64,000 nt of DNA, from assembly GCF_009914755.1 (NCBI RefSeq), contig NC_060926.1; one strand, written 5' to 3'. The notes under the pieces were generated by a model. That model worked only from the letters and a program-made list of their open reading frames with translations, did not search any database and had not been told where the DNA came from. Made by a program: the position numbers and the translations under genes. Source of the DNA: the human T2T-CHM13v2.0 reference genome, Homo sapiens. Of the stretch, positions 14,150-26,655 are shown piece after piece (position 1 is the first letter of the stretch; every line of letters starts with the position of its first letter).

Positions 14150-14743
14150 CTGTAGGAACAGAATAAAAGTAACAAATACTTTAATTTACTAAATGCTCTT
14201 CTCACAATTATATATATACAAACGCACGTATATATGCAATTTCTATTAAAAATCAGGAATTATTAATGTCTCTTGAATTAACTTGGAGATAAAGAAAAGC
14301 ATATAGATTTCTGGAGCAAAAGTATCACTCTGAGACCAACCCTAATGCACAGTAGGTGCAAAACAGTATGAAAACCAATAAAGCAATTGGTTGGCTGAAG
14401 GCATGTCTCTGGGCAAGCAGCAGATTCCTGTAATTTTAAAGACTGCCTTCTAGCAATTTGCATGAGATACTTACGGGGTGGAATTTAAAAATATATGGTC
14501 ACTTTTTAAAAAAGATTTAATTATAGAAGCAAATGATTGCATAATCCTTCCAATTAAAGATTTAGTCATATTATCTCTCTGTAGAATCCATAGAAAAAGA
14601 TAAGCCACTAACTGTAAATAGGATTACTTAAGCAGAATTTTAAGCCTTTGGAAAGATTTTCCTAAAAAATAGGCCTCCCCAGACATTTTAAATCTTGTTC
14701 AAAAGAAACACAAATTCGTTCACTTTAAAAATATTGCAATCAC

Positions 14744-15022
14744 CTTGAACGGTAAGGAAAGTTGATGCAGAAACTTCTCCCACGCTGTTTTCAGCTTTGC
14801 AGATATATTCTCCACTATCATTAATATCAACCTGGTTGAAAACCAGTGTAGCAACATTATTCCTAAAATGCATTTTGTAAGTCGTAGTGGGTCTCAATTT
14901 TGTATCTCCTTTATACCAGGATACCCCAATTTCAGGGGTTCCAGCAAGCTGGCATTGTAGAGAGGCAGAATCTCCAACAGACACCTTAACCGGCTCCAAC
15001 TGCTTGACAAAATACGGTGGTT
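14744..15022 (-). CDS. TTN: TTN exon 97, Ig I75 (EPPYFVKQLE...)
   Basis: 279 nt, AG/GTGATT. Confidence 0.96.
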
Positions 15023-15114
15023 CTGCAGCCAAGAGAGATAATCAATCAGTCATGAAGGAGACATGCCAGATCATCGATTGTATACAAAGATAAAAATGTG
15101 CAATCATGACAAAC

Positions 15115-15393
15115 CTAGTATGAGTATTTGTGCTGAACAGGAATCTTTTCCAGAGGCATTTTCAATGTAGCAGTTGTATTGTCCTGCATCCTCTACTGTG
15201 CTACTTGGAATTTCCAGGATTGCCGATTTTTCAGTCGTAGTTATATTACACCTCTGAGAAGGAGTTACATTTATGCCATTTTTCTTCCAGGTAACCGAAA
15301 TGGGAGGAGTTCCAGTGAATGTACCCTCTAGGATCAGGGGTTTTCCTTTCTCTATGCTGTAATCATTCAGCCTCTTCACAAATTTGGCTGGGG
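15115..15393 (-). CDS. TTN: TTN exon 96, Ig I74 (APAKFVKRLN...)
   Basis: 279 nt, AG/GTTTGT. Confidence 0.96.
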
Positions 15394-15496
15394 CTAAAGT
15401 GACCAAATTGAAAATATAAAATCAAACACATATACATACAGACAAAGACACATCTAATTACTAATCGTATAAATCTAGAAGAGCAGTCTGACAAAC

Positions 15497-15775
15497 CTTT
15501 TATGTAGAGATGTGTTGTACAAGAAGCCTTGCCAGCTTCATTGCTAACTATGCAAGTATATTCTCCACTTTGTGATGTATCTACATCGAACAACTCCAGT
15601 TCAGCAACTGAATCCTCCAAAGACACGTTGCATCTGTCACCTGGTACTAGTTCACTGCTACCTTTGAACCAGCTAACACTGAAAGGAGGTGTTCCTTTTA
15701 CGATACTTGTGAAAGTTACATTGGTCCCAGTTAAAACATCCATGGGATCAGGTTTCTGAACAAAAGATGGTGGTT
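15497..15775 (-). CDS. TTN: TTN exon 95, Ig I73 (EPPSFVQKPD...)
   Basis: 279 nt, AG/GTTTGT. Confidence 0.96.
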
Positions 15776-15884
15776 CTAAACACAAAAGCACATATCAGAA
15801 AAGGTTTAGTATTTGTGAATTGTTATGACAAACATGCTTAATAAACTATGAAATGCAATTCATTTTACTGTTTTGTAAACTGAC

Positions 15885-16172
15885 CTCTCACAGTCAAAGG
15901 AGCACTACATTCATCAGAACCAGCCATATTAGTAGCTATACATGTGTAGTCACCACTGTCTGATTCTTCCAGCATGTTCACAGTTAAAGCACAAGTATTA
16001 TCTGTCAGGGTGGTCTGGTATTTCCTTCCACTACTGATCTCATTTCCTTCATGGAACCAGGAGACAGAGATTGGAGGTGACCCATAGACTTTACACTCCA
16101 TTACAACTGAGGAGCCGGATAGACCATTTGTCTCTTTCAATTTTCTTGTGAATGAAGGAGGAACGGTTCGGT
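15885..16172 (-). CDS. TTN: TTN exon 94, Ig I72 (DRTVPPSFTR...)
   Basis: 288 nt, AG/GTCAGT. Confidence 0.96.
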
Positions 16173-16182
16173 CTGAATGATA

Positions 16183-16220
16183 CAAAACAAAACAAAACAA
16201 AACAAAACAAAAAAAACAAA
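16183..16220. repeat. (CAAAA)n pentanucleotide microsatellite forming the exon 94 polypyrimidine tract (TTTTG)n on the sense strand
   Basis: CAAAACAAAACAAAACAAAACAAAACAAAAAAAACAAA read directly. Confidence 0.9.
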
Positions 16221-16696
16221 GGACAACAATTATAAAATGACTTGAAGAGAGAACTGTCTTTTTGATGGACTATCCCTAGATCCATTTGGCTCTTTTGTGA
16301 CGGTATTAAAAACTCCTCTATGGGTTCACACTATCAAAAGCTTGGAGAATCAGTGGGCAGAATGTGATGGTTGACTTGCTAGGGATTTTGTTCTCTCTTT
16401 GCCGTGAAGCATTATGTGGTGAATTATTTCAGCATAAATGAAGACTGCTTTAACCTTATCCAGGGACTATTTTTCATTCCTATCATCATTTTGGAAATTC
16501 CTCAAAAAGAAAGGGATATAACTTTTGAACATGGTTTTCTTCTAATTCTACAGATGGTATTGCCTCTGAATTTGCTGATTCAGAAGATGTCGGACTCATG
16601 TTATCCTATAGAAGATGTAACAACCCATATACATTTATGAAAATCAGGAACTACATTATTATAATGATGAAGGAAAAGCCCAAGAAATCAACCAAC

Positions 16697-16975
16697 CTGA
16701 AACCTGCAATGAAGCTGTGCAGCTGTCTTTGCCAACAGGGTTCTGCACCTCAAAACTGTATACCCCACTGTCACTCGGTGCTACATTGATGATCTTAAGG
16801 CCGGATACTTTGTTGAAGAAGCTTATTTTGTATTTGTTGTCACTTGTTAGCTCTTTTCCATCCTTAAACCACTTAGTACTGAGTTCAGGGGTGCCAGCTA
16901 CTGTACACTCCAAGGTACAGGTGTCTCCCGTGGTAACTTTTATGGATTCTGGCTTTTCTACAATTGTTGCAGGCT
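16697..16975 (-). CDS. TTN: TTN exon 93, Ig I71 (EPATIVEKPE...)
   Basis: 279 nt, AG/GTTGGT. Confidence 0.96.
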
Positions 16976-17091
16976 CTGGAATGAAATGTAAAAGATATCC
17001 ATATTTTAAACTCAAATTGAAAAACTAAAGAAAATACAGATCCTGGTGAGTGTGTGCCTTGTATCTGTGATAACATCATCTTTTTACTAAC

Positions 17092-17373
17092 CGAGAACGG
17101 ATAGCGTGGCGAAGCACTCTTGCATCCCAGCATCGTTTTTGATCTGACAAGTGTATTTTCCAGCATTGGCTGGTTCCACTCTTGAAAACTGTAAGGTTGC
17201 AATGTTTTCTGAATAAGAAATCCATATGTTGTCACTTTCTCTAACGATTTCTCCCTTATCTTTGAACCACACCACTGAAATGGGTTCAGCGCCTTCAATG
17301 GTAGTCTGCAGCTGAACTTCTTTACCAACGACAGTAGATATGTCACTGAGCTTCTTCACAAATCTTGGTGGTG
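17092..17373 (-). CDS. TTN: TTN exon 92, Ig I70 (APPRFVKKLSDIS...)
   Basis: 282 nt, AG/GTTAGT. Confidence 0.96.
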
Positions 17374-17785
17374 CTGATGAAAAAGGAGGAAAGCCTGGGT
17401 TTTAAAATTTGTGAGACTGACAGCATTTTGCTCAAATCGTGAATGCCGGGAATCAAACTAGTGATAATGTGTTATTTCCATTTAAGAGGCATTTTTGGTG
17501 GATGCGAGCAGGGACACATTAAAGTTTGTATTCAGTAGGAAAGTTGAATATCTCATCTACTCCAGCTTTCTTAATCCAATCAAAACCTAATTACAACATT
17601 ATCTAAAAGGATATTCAGTAGGATTTGGAAAAGGGAAGCAGACTAAACAGAAAAGGACTTGGAGAGGAAACAAAGGGAAAGTGGAATAGGCTGCTAGTGA
17701 TAAGACTGGGCTGGGGTGGAGGGGGCAACAGAGTATTACAATTAGAAGGGAAGTAGTGAGCAGAAGTGAATGCAGTCCATCTAAC

Positions 17786-18064
17786 CTTTGAGAGCGATGG
17801 AACCAACGCAAGTGTCGCTTCCCACATCATTTGTGGCTTTACACTGATATTCCCCAATGTCTGCAGCATCGACATTCAGGATGTGGATACTGGTTAGGAA
17901 GTTCTCAGACATTATCTTGTACTTCTTGCCGCTCCTAAGTTCTCTCTTGTCTTTATACCAAGAAACGTGAAATGGGGGAGTGCCCTGAAGCTCACATTCA
18001 AGGTGAACATCAGCTCCTTTCAGTGTCTCTATAGGATGAGGCTTTTTGCGGAAAATGGGTGGTT
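17786..18064 (-). CDS. TTN: TTN exon 91, Ig I69 (EPPIFRKKPH...)
   Basis: 279 nt, AG/GTTAGA; read manually, not in ORF track. Confidence 0.95.
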
Positions 18065-18292
18065 CTAAAATTGGAAAAAAGGAAAATACGGATGTATTCT
18101 GTAAGTATATAGTTAAAAGTAAGAATCAATCTTCCACTCCATCAGAGAGATAGAGAGTGAAAAAAACACTTTCAATTCTTTGTTGTGTCCTTTCCCTATT
18201 TTAAAACATCGTTGAAGAGTCAAACAGGAAGTTAAGAGGACAATTAAAGAGGAGGCTAATGTGAAAAACACACAGGTGGGGAGAGCGCTGAC

Positions 18293-18574
18293 CTTTAACT
18301 TTTAAGGATGTGCTGCTGCTGGCACTGCCTGCTGCATTGTGGGCCTCACAGGTGTAGTCTCCACTGTCTTCAACACTGAGATTGTGCATTTCCAGCACAG
18401 CCACCGAGTCAACGAATGACATTCTGAATTTACTGCTCTCTTGAATTTCAGTCTCGTCCTTATACCATAAAACTTTGATTTCTGGAGACCCACCGATTTT
18501 GCATTCATACCTTGTGAATTCATCCTGTTTCACAATTCTTGAAGGTTCTAGCTTCTTAATGAACCTGGGTGGTT
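18293..18574 (-). CDS. TTN: TTN exon 90, Ig I68 (EPPRFIKKLE...)
   Basis: 282 nt, AG/GTCAGC. Confidence 0.96.
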
Positions 18575-19894
18575 CTATGGAACCAAGAGGAAAAACACAG
18601 GGTAAGGGATGGAACAGATGCATATAATTCAAGATGAGGTGGAAAAAATAATCTTTGCTAGAGAGGTCTTTAGCTCTGGAAAACAAATTTATGCAGTTCA
18701 AGGAAGAAGAGTTAAATGAAACCTAAATAGAAAATTTCTAAAATAAAATATGCTTGTTTTTGTAAGCATCCACATCAAGTATTATTACTAAAAGAAGGAG
18801 AAAAAGACATTACTCTTTATTGTGCCATCCTCTCCCCAGCAAAAGAGTCCCTTCTCTAGTGCCAAGATCAGAGATAATAGCATGTATCTGTCAGTGGAAG
18901 CCCTCTGAGGTCCACGGGGAATGAGAATTTGATTACTGTCTTGTATATGAACCAGTGGAGAACTATTTCCTAAGGCTGCAATGCTATCAGTTACATAGCA
19001 TGAAGAGCCGGAATGGCAAAGTGGGTCAGATATCTTAATATTTTTAAAATGCCATTTTCCTCTTTTAGGTGTTAAATGGGTATTTCCTCAACCTTCATAA
19101 TTTTCCTTTGAAGTGTGTGAGAGTAATGATTTCCTCATTAACTGAAGCAAAAAATTCAGGCATAGGGAAGTAAAAGTGATTAGCTATATGTCATAGAGCA
19201 AATGGGCTGCTAAATCTAATTATATTTTAATTTCAAGATATTTATAAACCACCACTACAAAAACCCTTAAAAATACTCTAATGGACTAGACTAGCAGTCC
19301 ATTGAGTGAACTATTTAATTTCTGACAGTAGCAGCGATAAACATGTGGCAGAAACACATGACTGCCTTCCATAATAGCAGATACTGATCTACTTACTCCC
19401 CAGCCCCTGACCTCCACTATTATTTAAGTGGGGCTAGTGGAGGAAAGTAAGTTGAACTTATCATTCTCATCTGAATTCTCCTTGAAGGGCTTGATAGTTT
19501 GGCTCTTTGCTATGCCTTAGAGGGACAAAATCCATTCATTTACTAAGTACTGTGGGAAAAAAGTCATTTGCAATAACTTCGCTTTTGTCCTATGATACCG
19601 TCTTTCAAACTAGGATTTTCTTGCAATTTTGTAGAGTTTCGGTTATCTCTCTCTAGTCTCTATTTTTAGTCTCTTAAAATGGACTTTTGGTCCATGTTTT
19701 CCTAGTTTTAAATTTTTTTTTTAAAGTAATTAAAAAATACTTGTCTCCATTTGGAAGGTCCTTGATCCACTTGATCCATTTTCATCACTAGACCCTGGTC
19801 CTAAACATAGCTCTCTCTCAAGCACACCCACCCTCCTATATTTTAAGATACTGAAAATGTAAAAGAGATCTTGCTCCTTCACTCTAACAAGTAC

Positions 19895-20182
19895 CTTGTA
19901 CACCCAGCTGAGCAGAACAAGAGTCTTTTCCAGCGATGTTGCTTGCATAGCAGGTGTACTGCCCGGCATCGCCTTTGCCTACTTTGAGAACTGTCAGAGT
20001 GGCAGTATTTTCTACCAAAGTCATCTTGTAGTTGCCTCCAGGGCGAATCTCTCGGTTATCTTTGGCCCAAGTGATTTTGATTGGTGCAGTCCCAGTTACA
20101 TGACATTTAAAAGTACCACTTTCTCCAAGAGCAAGATCTACTGATACAGGCTTTAGATCAAAGAAAGGAGGCACTTCATGCT
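19895..20182 (-). CDS. TTN: TTN exon 89, Ig I67 (EHEVPPFFDL...)
   Basis: 288 nt, AG/GTACTT. Confidence 0.96.
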
Positions 20183-20322
20183 CTGAAAAGAATGAAGACC
20201 AACATGGTGATTTTTATTTCCATGCTCTCACATACAGAGCAGAAACTAAATGGCACCAGCCTTTTGGTGGCCTGGAGCAGTGAAGCTGCTTTACAATGAA
20301 GAGGGTACTGTGAGTTACTCAC

Positions 20323-20610
20323 CTGAGAGAATGAGCTTGGCACTGGATGAAGCAGTCCCAAGAGGATTAGAAGCAGAGCAATTATACTGCCCTATGTGGC
20401 TCTGGTCAGTTTGTAAAATCTGAAGAGTTGCTACATTATGAACAAAAGATGTCTGCAAATTAGCATCATCTTTCAAAAGAACCCCATCCTTGTACCAAGA
20501 CACTTGAAGAGGTTCTGAGCCATTGATGCGGCATTCAAATGCAACTGGGAAGCCTAGAGTCTCATGAACGTCTTTCAGTTTTCTTGCAAAGAAAGGTGGA
20601 AGTTTGCGCG
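20323..20610 (-). CDS. TTN: TTN exon 88, Ig I66 ([10 protein letters not shown]...)
   Basis: 288 nt, AG/GTGAGT. Confidence 0.96.
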
Positions 20611-20742
20611 CTGTAAAGAAGTTACAGATAATCCTTATTTACAGGTGAGAAGGCATCCACAACATATTTCAATTCATAAAAGTTTTAACGTTTTTAAGAA
20701 AATGAATCTGTTCACACACACTAGGTTAAACAACACCATCAC

Positions 20743-21021
20743 CTTTGATAACAAGCACAGCTGAAGAAGCGACTGCCCCCACACTGTTGTCTGCCTTGCA
20801 TGAATACTCTCCCACATCACTGTGATCCACTTTGTTGATTACTAAGGAAGCAACGTTATTTTTGAATTGCATTTTATATGCAGGAGCTGATCGTAGCTTT
20901 GTGTGTTCTTTATACCAAGAAATTCTAATTTCTGGAGTTCCATCCACTTTACACTGTAAAGTTGCAGGTTCTCCAATGACTGCTTCCACATGTTCCAGAG
21001 GTTCAATAAAGTACGGTGGTT
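20743..21021 (-). CDS. TTN: TTN exon 87, Ig I65 (EPPYFIEPLE...)
   Basis: 279 nt, AG/GTGATG. Confidence 0.96.
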
Positions 21022-21121
21022 CTATGGTACAAAGGATGGTAGTCAGCAAGTCAGTCATGCCATGTAAAAGAGGATGTTTGAAAAGAAAGAGAGCAATAAA
21101 AAGAGGTAGCTGTCAACACAC

Positions 21122-21400
21122 CTAAGACAGACACCAGAGCTTCACAGATATCTTGACCAGCCTCATTTTCTATCAGGCAGCTGTACTGTGCATAATCCTC
21201 TATTGTGCTCTCAAGAATTTCCAGTATGGTAGATTTTTCTGTCATAGTAATACTGCATCTCTCAGATTGTGAAATAAGATACTCGTCCTTTATCCAGCTC
21301 ACTGAGATTGGAGGTGTGCCAGTGTATGTGGCCTCGAGAACTATGGGGCTTCCTGTCTCAACACTGAAATCAGCCAATCTTTTCACAAAAGTGGCTGGTT
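21122..21400 (-). CDS. TTN: TTN exon 86, Ig I64 (EPATFVKRLA...)
   Basis: 279 nt, AG/GTGTGT. Confidence 0.96.
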
Positions 21401-21494
21401 CTATAAGGAGAAAACATGTGGGTAAAATTCTTGCCTTCTAATGAAGACTTAAGAGAAATTTTAAAAGATGTATATATTGGGGGAAAGAGCAAAC

Positions 21495-21773
21495 CTTTCA
21501 CAAAAAGATGTGTGGTACAGGAAGCACTGCCAGCATCATTTGTAACGAGGCAAGAATAGTCTCCACTTTCTAATGGCTGCACCTCAAACAACTCCAGTTC
21601 TGTGACAAAATCTTCCAGAGAGATGTTGCATGACTCCCCAGGCACCAGTTCCCTGCTGCCTTTAAACCACTTGACCTTGAAAGGAGGGGTGCCTCTGATG
21701 ACACTGGTGAATGTGAGGCTCATTCCAGGCAAAACTTCCACAGAATCAGGGGTTTGTTCAAAAGATGGTGGTT
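21495..21773 (-). CDS. TTN: TTN exon 85, Ig I63 (EPPSFEQTPD...)
   Basis: 279 nt, AG/GTTTGC. Confidence 0.96.
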
Positions 21774-21963
21774 CTAGATATTGCAAGGCGGAAGGGGAGA
21801 TAAAGAGAAGAAAGAAATCCAAGTGAGAAGTGCTTTTGCTCCTTAAAAAAAGGGAGCTAAGACTAAACATGAAGACAAAATAAAGAAACTCCAGGGAAGG
21901 CAGGCACCACGTCCACATGAAAGAGGTGTTAGAGAAGCAGCAGCTTTATCCTTGCACACTGAC

Positions 21964-22251
21964 CTTGCACAGTCAGGACTGCTGAGCACTCATCGGAACC
22001 AGCTACATTGGCAGCCACACACGTGTATATGCCTGTGTCGGAGGGCTCCAACAAGCTCAGATTCAAAGTACAGACGTTTTCCGAAAAGCTGGACTGACAT
22101 TTGGGCCCACTAACAATCTCATTTCCATCCTGAAACCAGCCAACTGAAATCGGGGCTGAGCCAGAGACTCGGCACTCCAAAACAACTGAGGCCCCCAGGA
22201 TGGCATTCACGTCTTTCAGCTTGCGGATGAAGGAAGGAGGCACAATCCGAT
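21964..22251 (-). CDS. TTN: TTN exon 84, Ig I62 (DRIVPPSFIR...)
   Basis: 288 nt, AG/GTCAGT. Confidence 0.96.
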
Positions 22252-22353
22252 CTATGTGGGGAAGGGTAGTTTTGCGTTTAAAGAGAAGTTTTATTCTGTG
22301 CCCCTCCACCCCCTGGAAATATTGTATATTCATAAAAATCTCATTCTACTCAC

Positions 22354-22632
22354 CAGAAACATGGACGGATACAGTGCAGTTACTTTTGCCAACACTGTTT
22401 TTCACTTCAAAGCTATATAATCCTTTGTCACTCATTTCGGCACAGGGGATTTTAAGGGAAGCCACTTTATTGATGAATGTAATGTGATGTTTGCTGTCTG
22501 CAGACAATTCTCTTCCATCTTTGAACCACTTGGCTGAGAGTTCTGGTGTTCCAGTCACTACACACTCTAATGCAAAAGGATTTCCAGTAGTGACAGTCAT
22601 GGGTTCGGGCTTCTCTATGATTCTTGCTGGTT
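22354..22632 (-). CDS. TTN: TTN exon 83, Ig I61 (EPARIIEKPE...)
   Basis: 279 nt, AG/GTGAGT. Confidence 0.96.
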
Positions 22633-22782
22633 CTAAAAGAAGAAGTATTTTGCATTGAAAACAAAGTAACCTTTCAAACTCAAGAGTGCAATCACTGAAT
22701 TACTGGATAAGAGGAATATTTGAGGAAAATGATCATGGATCAAGTAAATTGATTTTTTCTCTGGCTGTGCTTTGCTACTAAC

Positions 22783-23064
22783 CTAGTACAGTCAAGACTG
22801 CAGAGCATTCTCTCATTCCAGCATCGTTTTTGATTTGGCATATATATTTTCCAGAATTAGATGCTTCTGGACTCCCCAGCTGGAGGGTTGCAATGTTATC
22901 AATGAATGAAATCCTGGTATTTTCACTCTCTCTGATGACTTCACCTCTATCTTTCAGCCAGACAACAGAAATTGGCTGGAAGCCCTCCACTATGGCCCGT
23001 AACTCAACAGCATCCCCAATAAGGGTTGAGGTGTCACTTAGCTTTTTCACGAATCGTGGAGGTT
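22783..23064 (-). CDS. TTN: TTN exon 82, Ig I60 (EPPRFVKKLSDTS...)
   Basis: 282 nt, AG/GTTAGT. Confidence 0.96.
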
Positions 23065-23184
23065 CTGATGAAAGAAATTTGTGGTTAGAGGAAAAAATGT
23101 GAGAATCATGGCCACACAAGTTATTAGTTAGGCAAGAACAGATAGGAGGAAGGGGCATATATTTTTGTGTCCATGTATACAAAC

Positions 23185-23463
23185 CTTTGAACTTGACAGA
23201 GCAAGAACACGTGTCACTTCCCACCTCATTAGTAGCTTTGCAGTGATATTCCCCGACATCGGAGGCTTCAAGATTAAGGATATGAAGACTTGTATCAAAA
23301 TGTTTTGAAGTGATTTTAAATTTCTTGCTGTTTCTAACTTGCTTTCGATCTTTAACCCATACTACTTCAAATGGGGGAGTTCCCGAAATTTCACATTGGA
23401 GAATCACATCAGAACCTTTAAGAGCTCCTACTGGAGAAGGCTTCTGGGTGAAAACAGGAGGTG
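23185..23463 (-). CDS. TTN: TTN exon 81, Ig I59 (APPVFTQKPS...)
   Basis: 279 nt, AG/GTTTGT. Confidence 0.96.
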
Positions 23464-23720
23464 CTACCAGAAAAAAGGAGATAAACAATGAGAACACTTG
23501 CTTACTATAAAGGAAAAAAAAATTAAATCTAGAACCTTGAAGAGTGACTGGTGTGATCATATGACAATACATGCTGACACAAGAAATGACAATTCATTAA
23601 AACTTGTTGAAGAATTGCAACCAAATAACCTTAATTATCCTTTTATTTTGGAACTCATAACTTTGCTAAGAGCCCAAATCAGAGGAGAATAAAGAAACAA
23701 AGAAGCTTAGTGTGTCTAAC

Positions 23721-24002
23721 CTTTCACTGTCAACGCTGTGCTGCAGCTGGCGTCACCAACACCATTATGAGCCTCACAAATGTAGTCCCCGCTGTCTTCA
23801 GCACTAGCTTCATTGATCGTAAGCAATGCCACAGAATTAATGAATGACATGTTGTATTTCCAACTTTCATGAAGTTCGCTGTCATTTCGGAACCATGAAA
23901 CTTTGATTTCTGGGGAGCCACTTATTTTACATTCCAGTTGAATGGATTCTCCCTGCTTTGCAACTTTTGAAGCTTCTAATTTCTTAACAAACTTTGGAGG
24001 TT
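23721..24002 (-). CDS. TTN: TTN exon 80, Ig I58 (EPPKFVKKLEASKVA...)
   Basis: 282 nt, AG/GTTAGA. Confidence 0.96.
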
Positions 24003-24201
24003 CTAGTAAACCAAACAAAACAGTCAGTAAGGGATATTTATTATACATGTTAAAAGAGCTTGTTTTTGTAGCTGAAGATCCCATAAATTTATATTTAAAC
24101 TGGTTTGTTATTAAGAATATACTTTCTGAGGATTTTACAGTAAAATAAGTTATCTTTTAAGTTAAATAATCTCATAACATTTTTTTTTTAGTTTTTTAAA
24201 A

Positions 24202-24241
24202 TTTATTATTATTATACTTTAAGTTTTAGGGTACATGTGCA
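24202..24241 (-). mobile_element. Extremely 5'-truncated primate L1PA 3' terminus (~40 bp plus T-rich tail)
   Basis: TTTTTATTATTATTATACTTTAAGTTTTAGGGTACATGTGCA is the reverse complement of the young L1PA/L1HS 3' end. Confidence 0.8.
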
Positions 24242-24646
24242 TTTTTAATAGAGAATTTAGTTGATTCTTTTTTTTAGTTTGACTATGTAAGTTAAAACAT
24301 AAAAGTTAATGTATTATAGATGTATTTGATCAACATTTAGTAATGATAAATCAGAATGCCATATAACAAGAAAGCATTAAAAAATGGACTAGATAGTTAA
24401 AACAACATTTAACAAATTTCAATTAAACAATACTTTTTGATAAGATTACACTTAGAGTTACACTAATGTAAAGAACAATATAAAGAGAAAACACAACTTT
24501 GATTAATGTTGCCTCCAACACTAATACACAAATTCTAACATGTCCAGTTAGTTTCTCTCAAACATTTAAAAACCAAAGAAACTTTTATAAGACAATTATG
24601 CAAATATGGTAAGGAACAAATATTGTCAAAAGTCATGGAATGATAC

Positions 24647-24934
24647 CTTTTACACTGAGCTGAGCTGAGCACATGTGTTTGCCAACATCATTGGTTGCTT
24701 GGCAAGTATATTGACCAGAGTCTCCTTTGCCTACTTTAAGAATTCTCAAATGAGGAGTGTTTCCCACACATGTGATTGTATAGTTTCCTCCAGGACGGAT
24801 CTCCTTGTTATCTTTTGACCAAGTGATTCGCATCGGTTGAGCACCAGTAACATGACACTCAAAATCAGCACTTTCTCCAGCAATAACATCTATAGATACA
24901 GGCTTGATGTCAAAGAAGGGAGATTTCTTGGGTT
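24647..24934 (-). CDS. TTN: TTN exon 79, Ig I57 ([10 protein letters not shown]...)
   Basis: 288 nt, AG/GTATCA. Confidence 0.96.
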
Positions 24935-25058
24935 CTGGAGGATGAGAAGAAAGGCAATGTGTATTTTTTGTTTGTTTTTTTGCCATTGGTCGTTTCTACT
25001 TTGACAATGAAATATGAAGCCACAGTTTGCAAAGAAAAAGAGTGACGTGTGAACAAAC

Positions 25059-25346
25059 CTCTTGCTGTGAGTCTAGCACTAGAAGATGCTGTTCCAAGTG
25101 GGTTGGAAGCTGAGCAAGAGTACTGGCCAGAGTGACTCAAGTCAGTTTGCAAAATTTTTAAAGTTGCCACATTATCTACAAATGAAGTCTGTAGATTTTC
25201 ATCGTCTCTTAAAAGTACTCCATCTCTATACCAGCACACTTGGATGGGTGCAGAGCCATTTAATCGACAAGTGAGTGTAACAGGTAACCCCACAGTTTGT
25301 TCAATGTCCTTTAATTGTCTTGCAAAAGAAGGTGGGAGTTGGCGCT
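25059..25346 (-). CDS. TTN: TTN exon 78, Ig I56 ([10 protein letters not shown]...)
   Basis: 288 nt, AG/GTTTGT. Confidence 0.96.
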
Positions 25347-25458
25347 CTGTAGGGAGACATGTAATACTTAAGGTGTTAGGAGATGAAATGAGAAGTTCAC
25401 CATAAAGATACAAGAGTTAAGGAAAAAAGAATTTTTTTAATTTGTAAAATATCATCAC

Positions 25459-25737
25459 CTTGAATTCTGAACACAGTCTTAGAAGAAGCAGTTCCTATAC
25501 TATTTTCTGCTTTGCATGTGTACTCTCCACTGTCATTGATGTTCACTTTATTAAAAACAAGTGTGGCCACATTGTTTGTAAAGTAGGTCCTGTATTCAGG
25601 AGTTGGCCGTAATTTGGTATCTCCTTTGTACCAAGACACTGTAATTTCTGGTGTCCCAGCAACTTGGCATTGTAAAGAAACCGAATCTCCAACTGCTGCC
25701 TCCAGAGGTTCCAGTTCCGTAACAAAATAAGGCGGTT
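25459..25737 (-). CDS. TTN: TTN exon 77, Ig I55 (EPPYFVTELE...)
   Basis: 279 nt, AG/GTGATG. Confidence 0.96.
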
Positions 25738-25845
25738 CTAAGGAAGAAAGGCTCACAGTTAGCAACTGGAATTAATGAATATCAAAGAAACTATGCTACA
25801 TGTTAGAAGAATGCAAATGATTTAAGAGACAATAAGACAACACAC

Positions 25846-26124
25846 CTAATGTAGATACCAGAGCTCCACAAACATCCCTTCCTGCCTCATTTTCAATCTC
25901 GCAGGAATACTGCCCTGCATCTCTTTTTGTGCTATTCAGAATTTCCAGGATACAAGTTTTCTCTGTTGTGACTATGTTACATTTTTCAGAGGTAGTTATG
26001 TTAAAACCATCCTTTTTCCAAGTGACAGAAATTGGAAGTGTTCCAGTGTAGGTGCTCTCCAGAATTATGGACTTCCCTGGTTCTACAGAATGATCACTTA
26101 ATCTCTTCAAAAATGCAGCTGGTT
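25846..26124 (-). CDS. TTN: TTN exon 76, Ig I54 (EPAAFLKRLS...)
   Basis: 279 nt, AG/GTGTGT. Confidence 0.96.
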
Positions 26125-26217
26125 CTAGTAAGTGACAAAGCACAGCAGTTAAACACAAGAAAAACACAAGGATGTCGGTATACAGAAAACAGAAAAAGTG
26201 AATCCACTTGAGCAAAC

Positions 26218-26496
26218 CTTTCACAAAGAGACGGGTAGTGCAAGATGCTTGGCCAGCGTTGTTAGAAACCACACAGGTGTATTCCCCACTCTGAGATATG
26301 TCAATATTAAATAATTCCAGTTCTGCCACAGTGTCTTCAAAATAGATGTTGCACCGGTCTCCTTTCACTAGTTCTCTGGCACCTCTGAACCAGTTGACTT
26401 TGAATGGAGGGGTTCCTCTAATAACGCTTGTGAAGGTTACATTTTTGCCTGGTAGTACTTCCAAAGGTTCAGGTTCTTTCACAAAAGAGGGTGGTT
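26218..26496 (-). CDS. TTN: TTN exon 75, Ig I53 (EPPSFVKEPE...)
   Basis: 279 nt, AG/GTTTGC. Confidence 0.96.
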
Positions 26497-26655
26497 CTAT
26501 ATAGACATGGAGAACAATTAAAAGATCCTGTAAGCTTCAGATGGAGTTGCAATTTTGAATAAAACATTAGAGCACTTTCAAATGTTTGTCAACATAGATG
26601 TGCACCTGAAGAGGAATTTGTAAGAAATTCCTTACAAGTTTGACTGTCTACTGAC

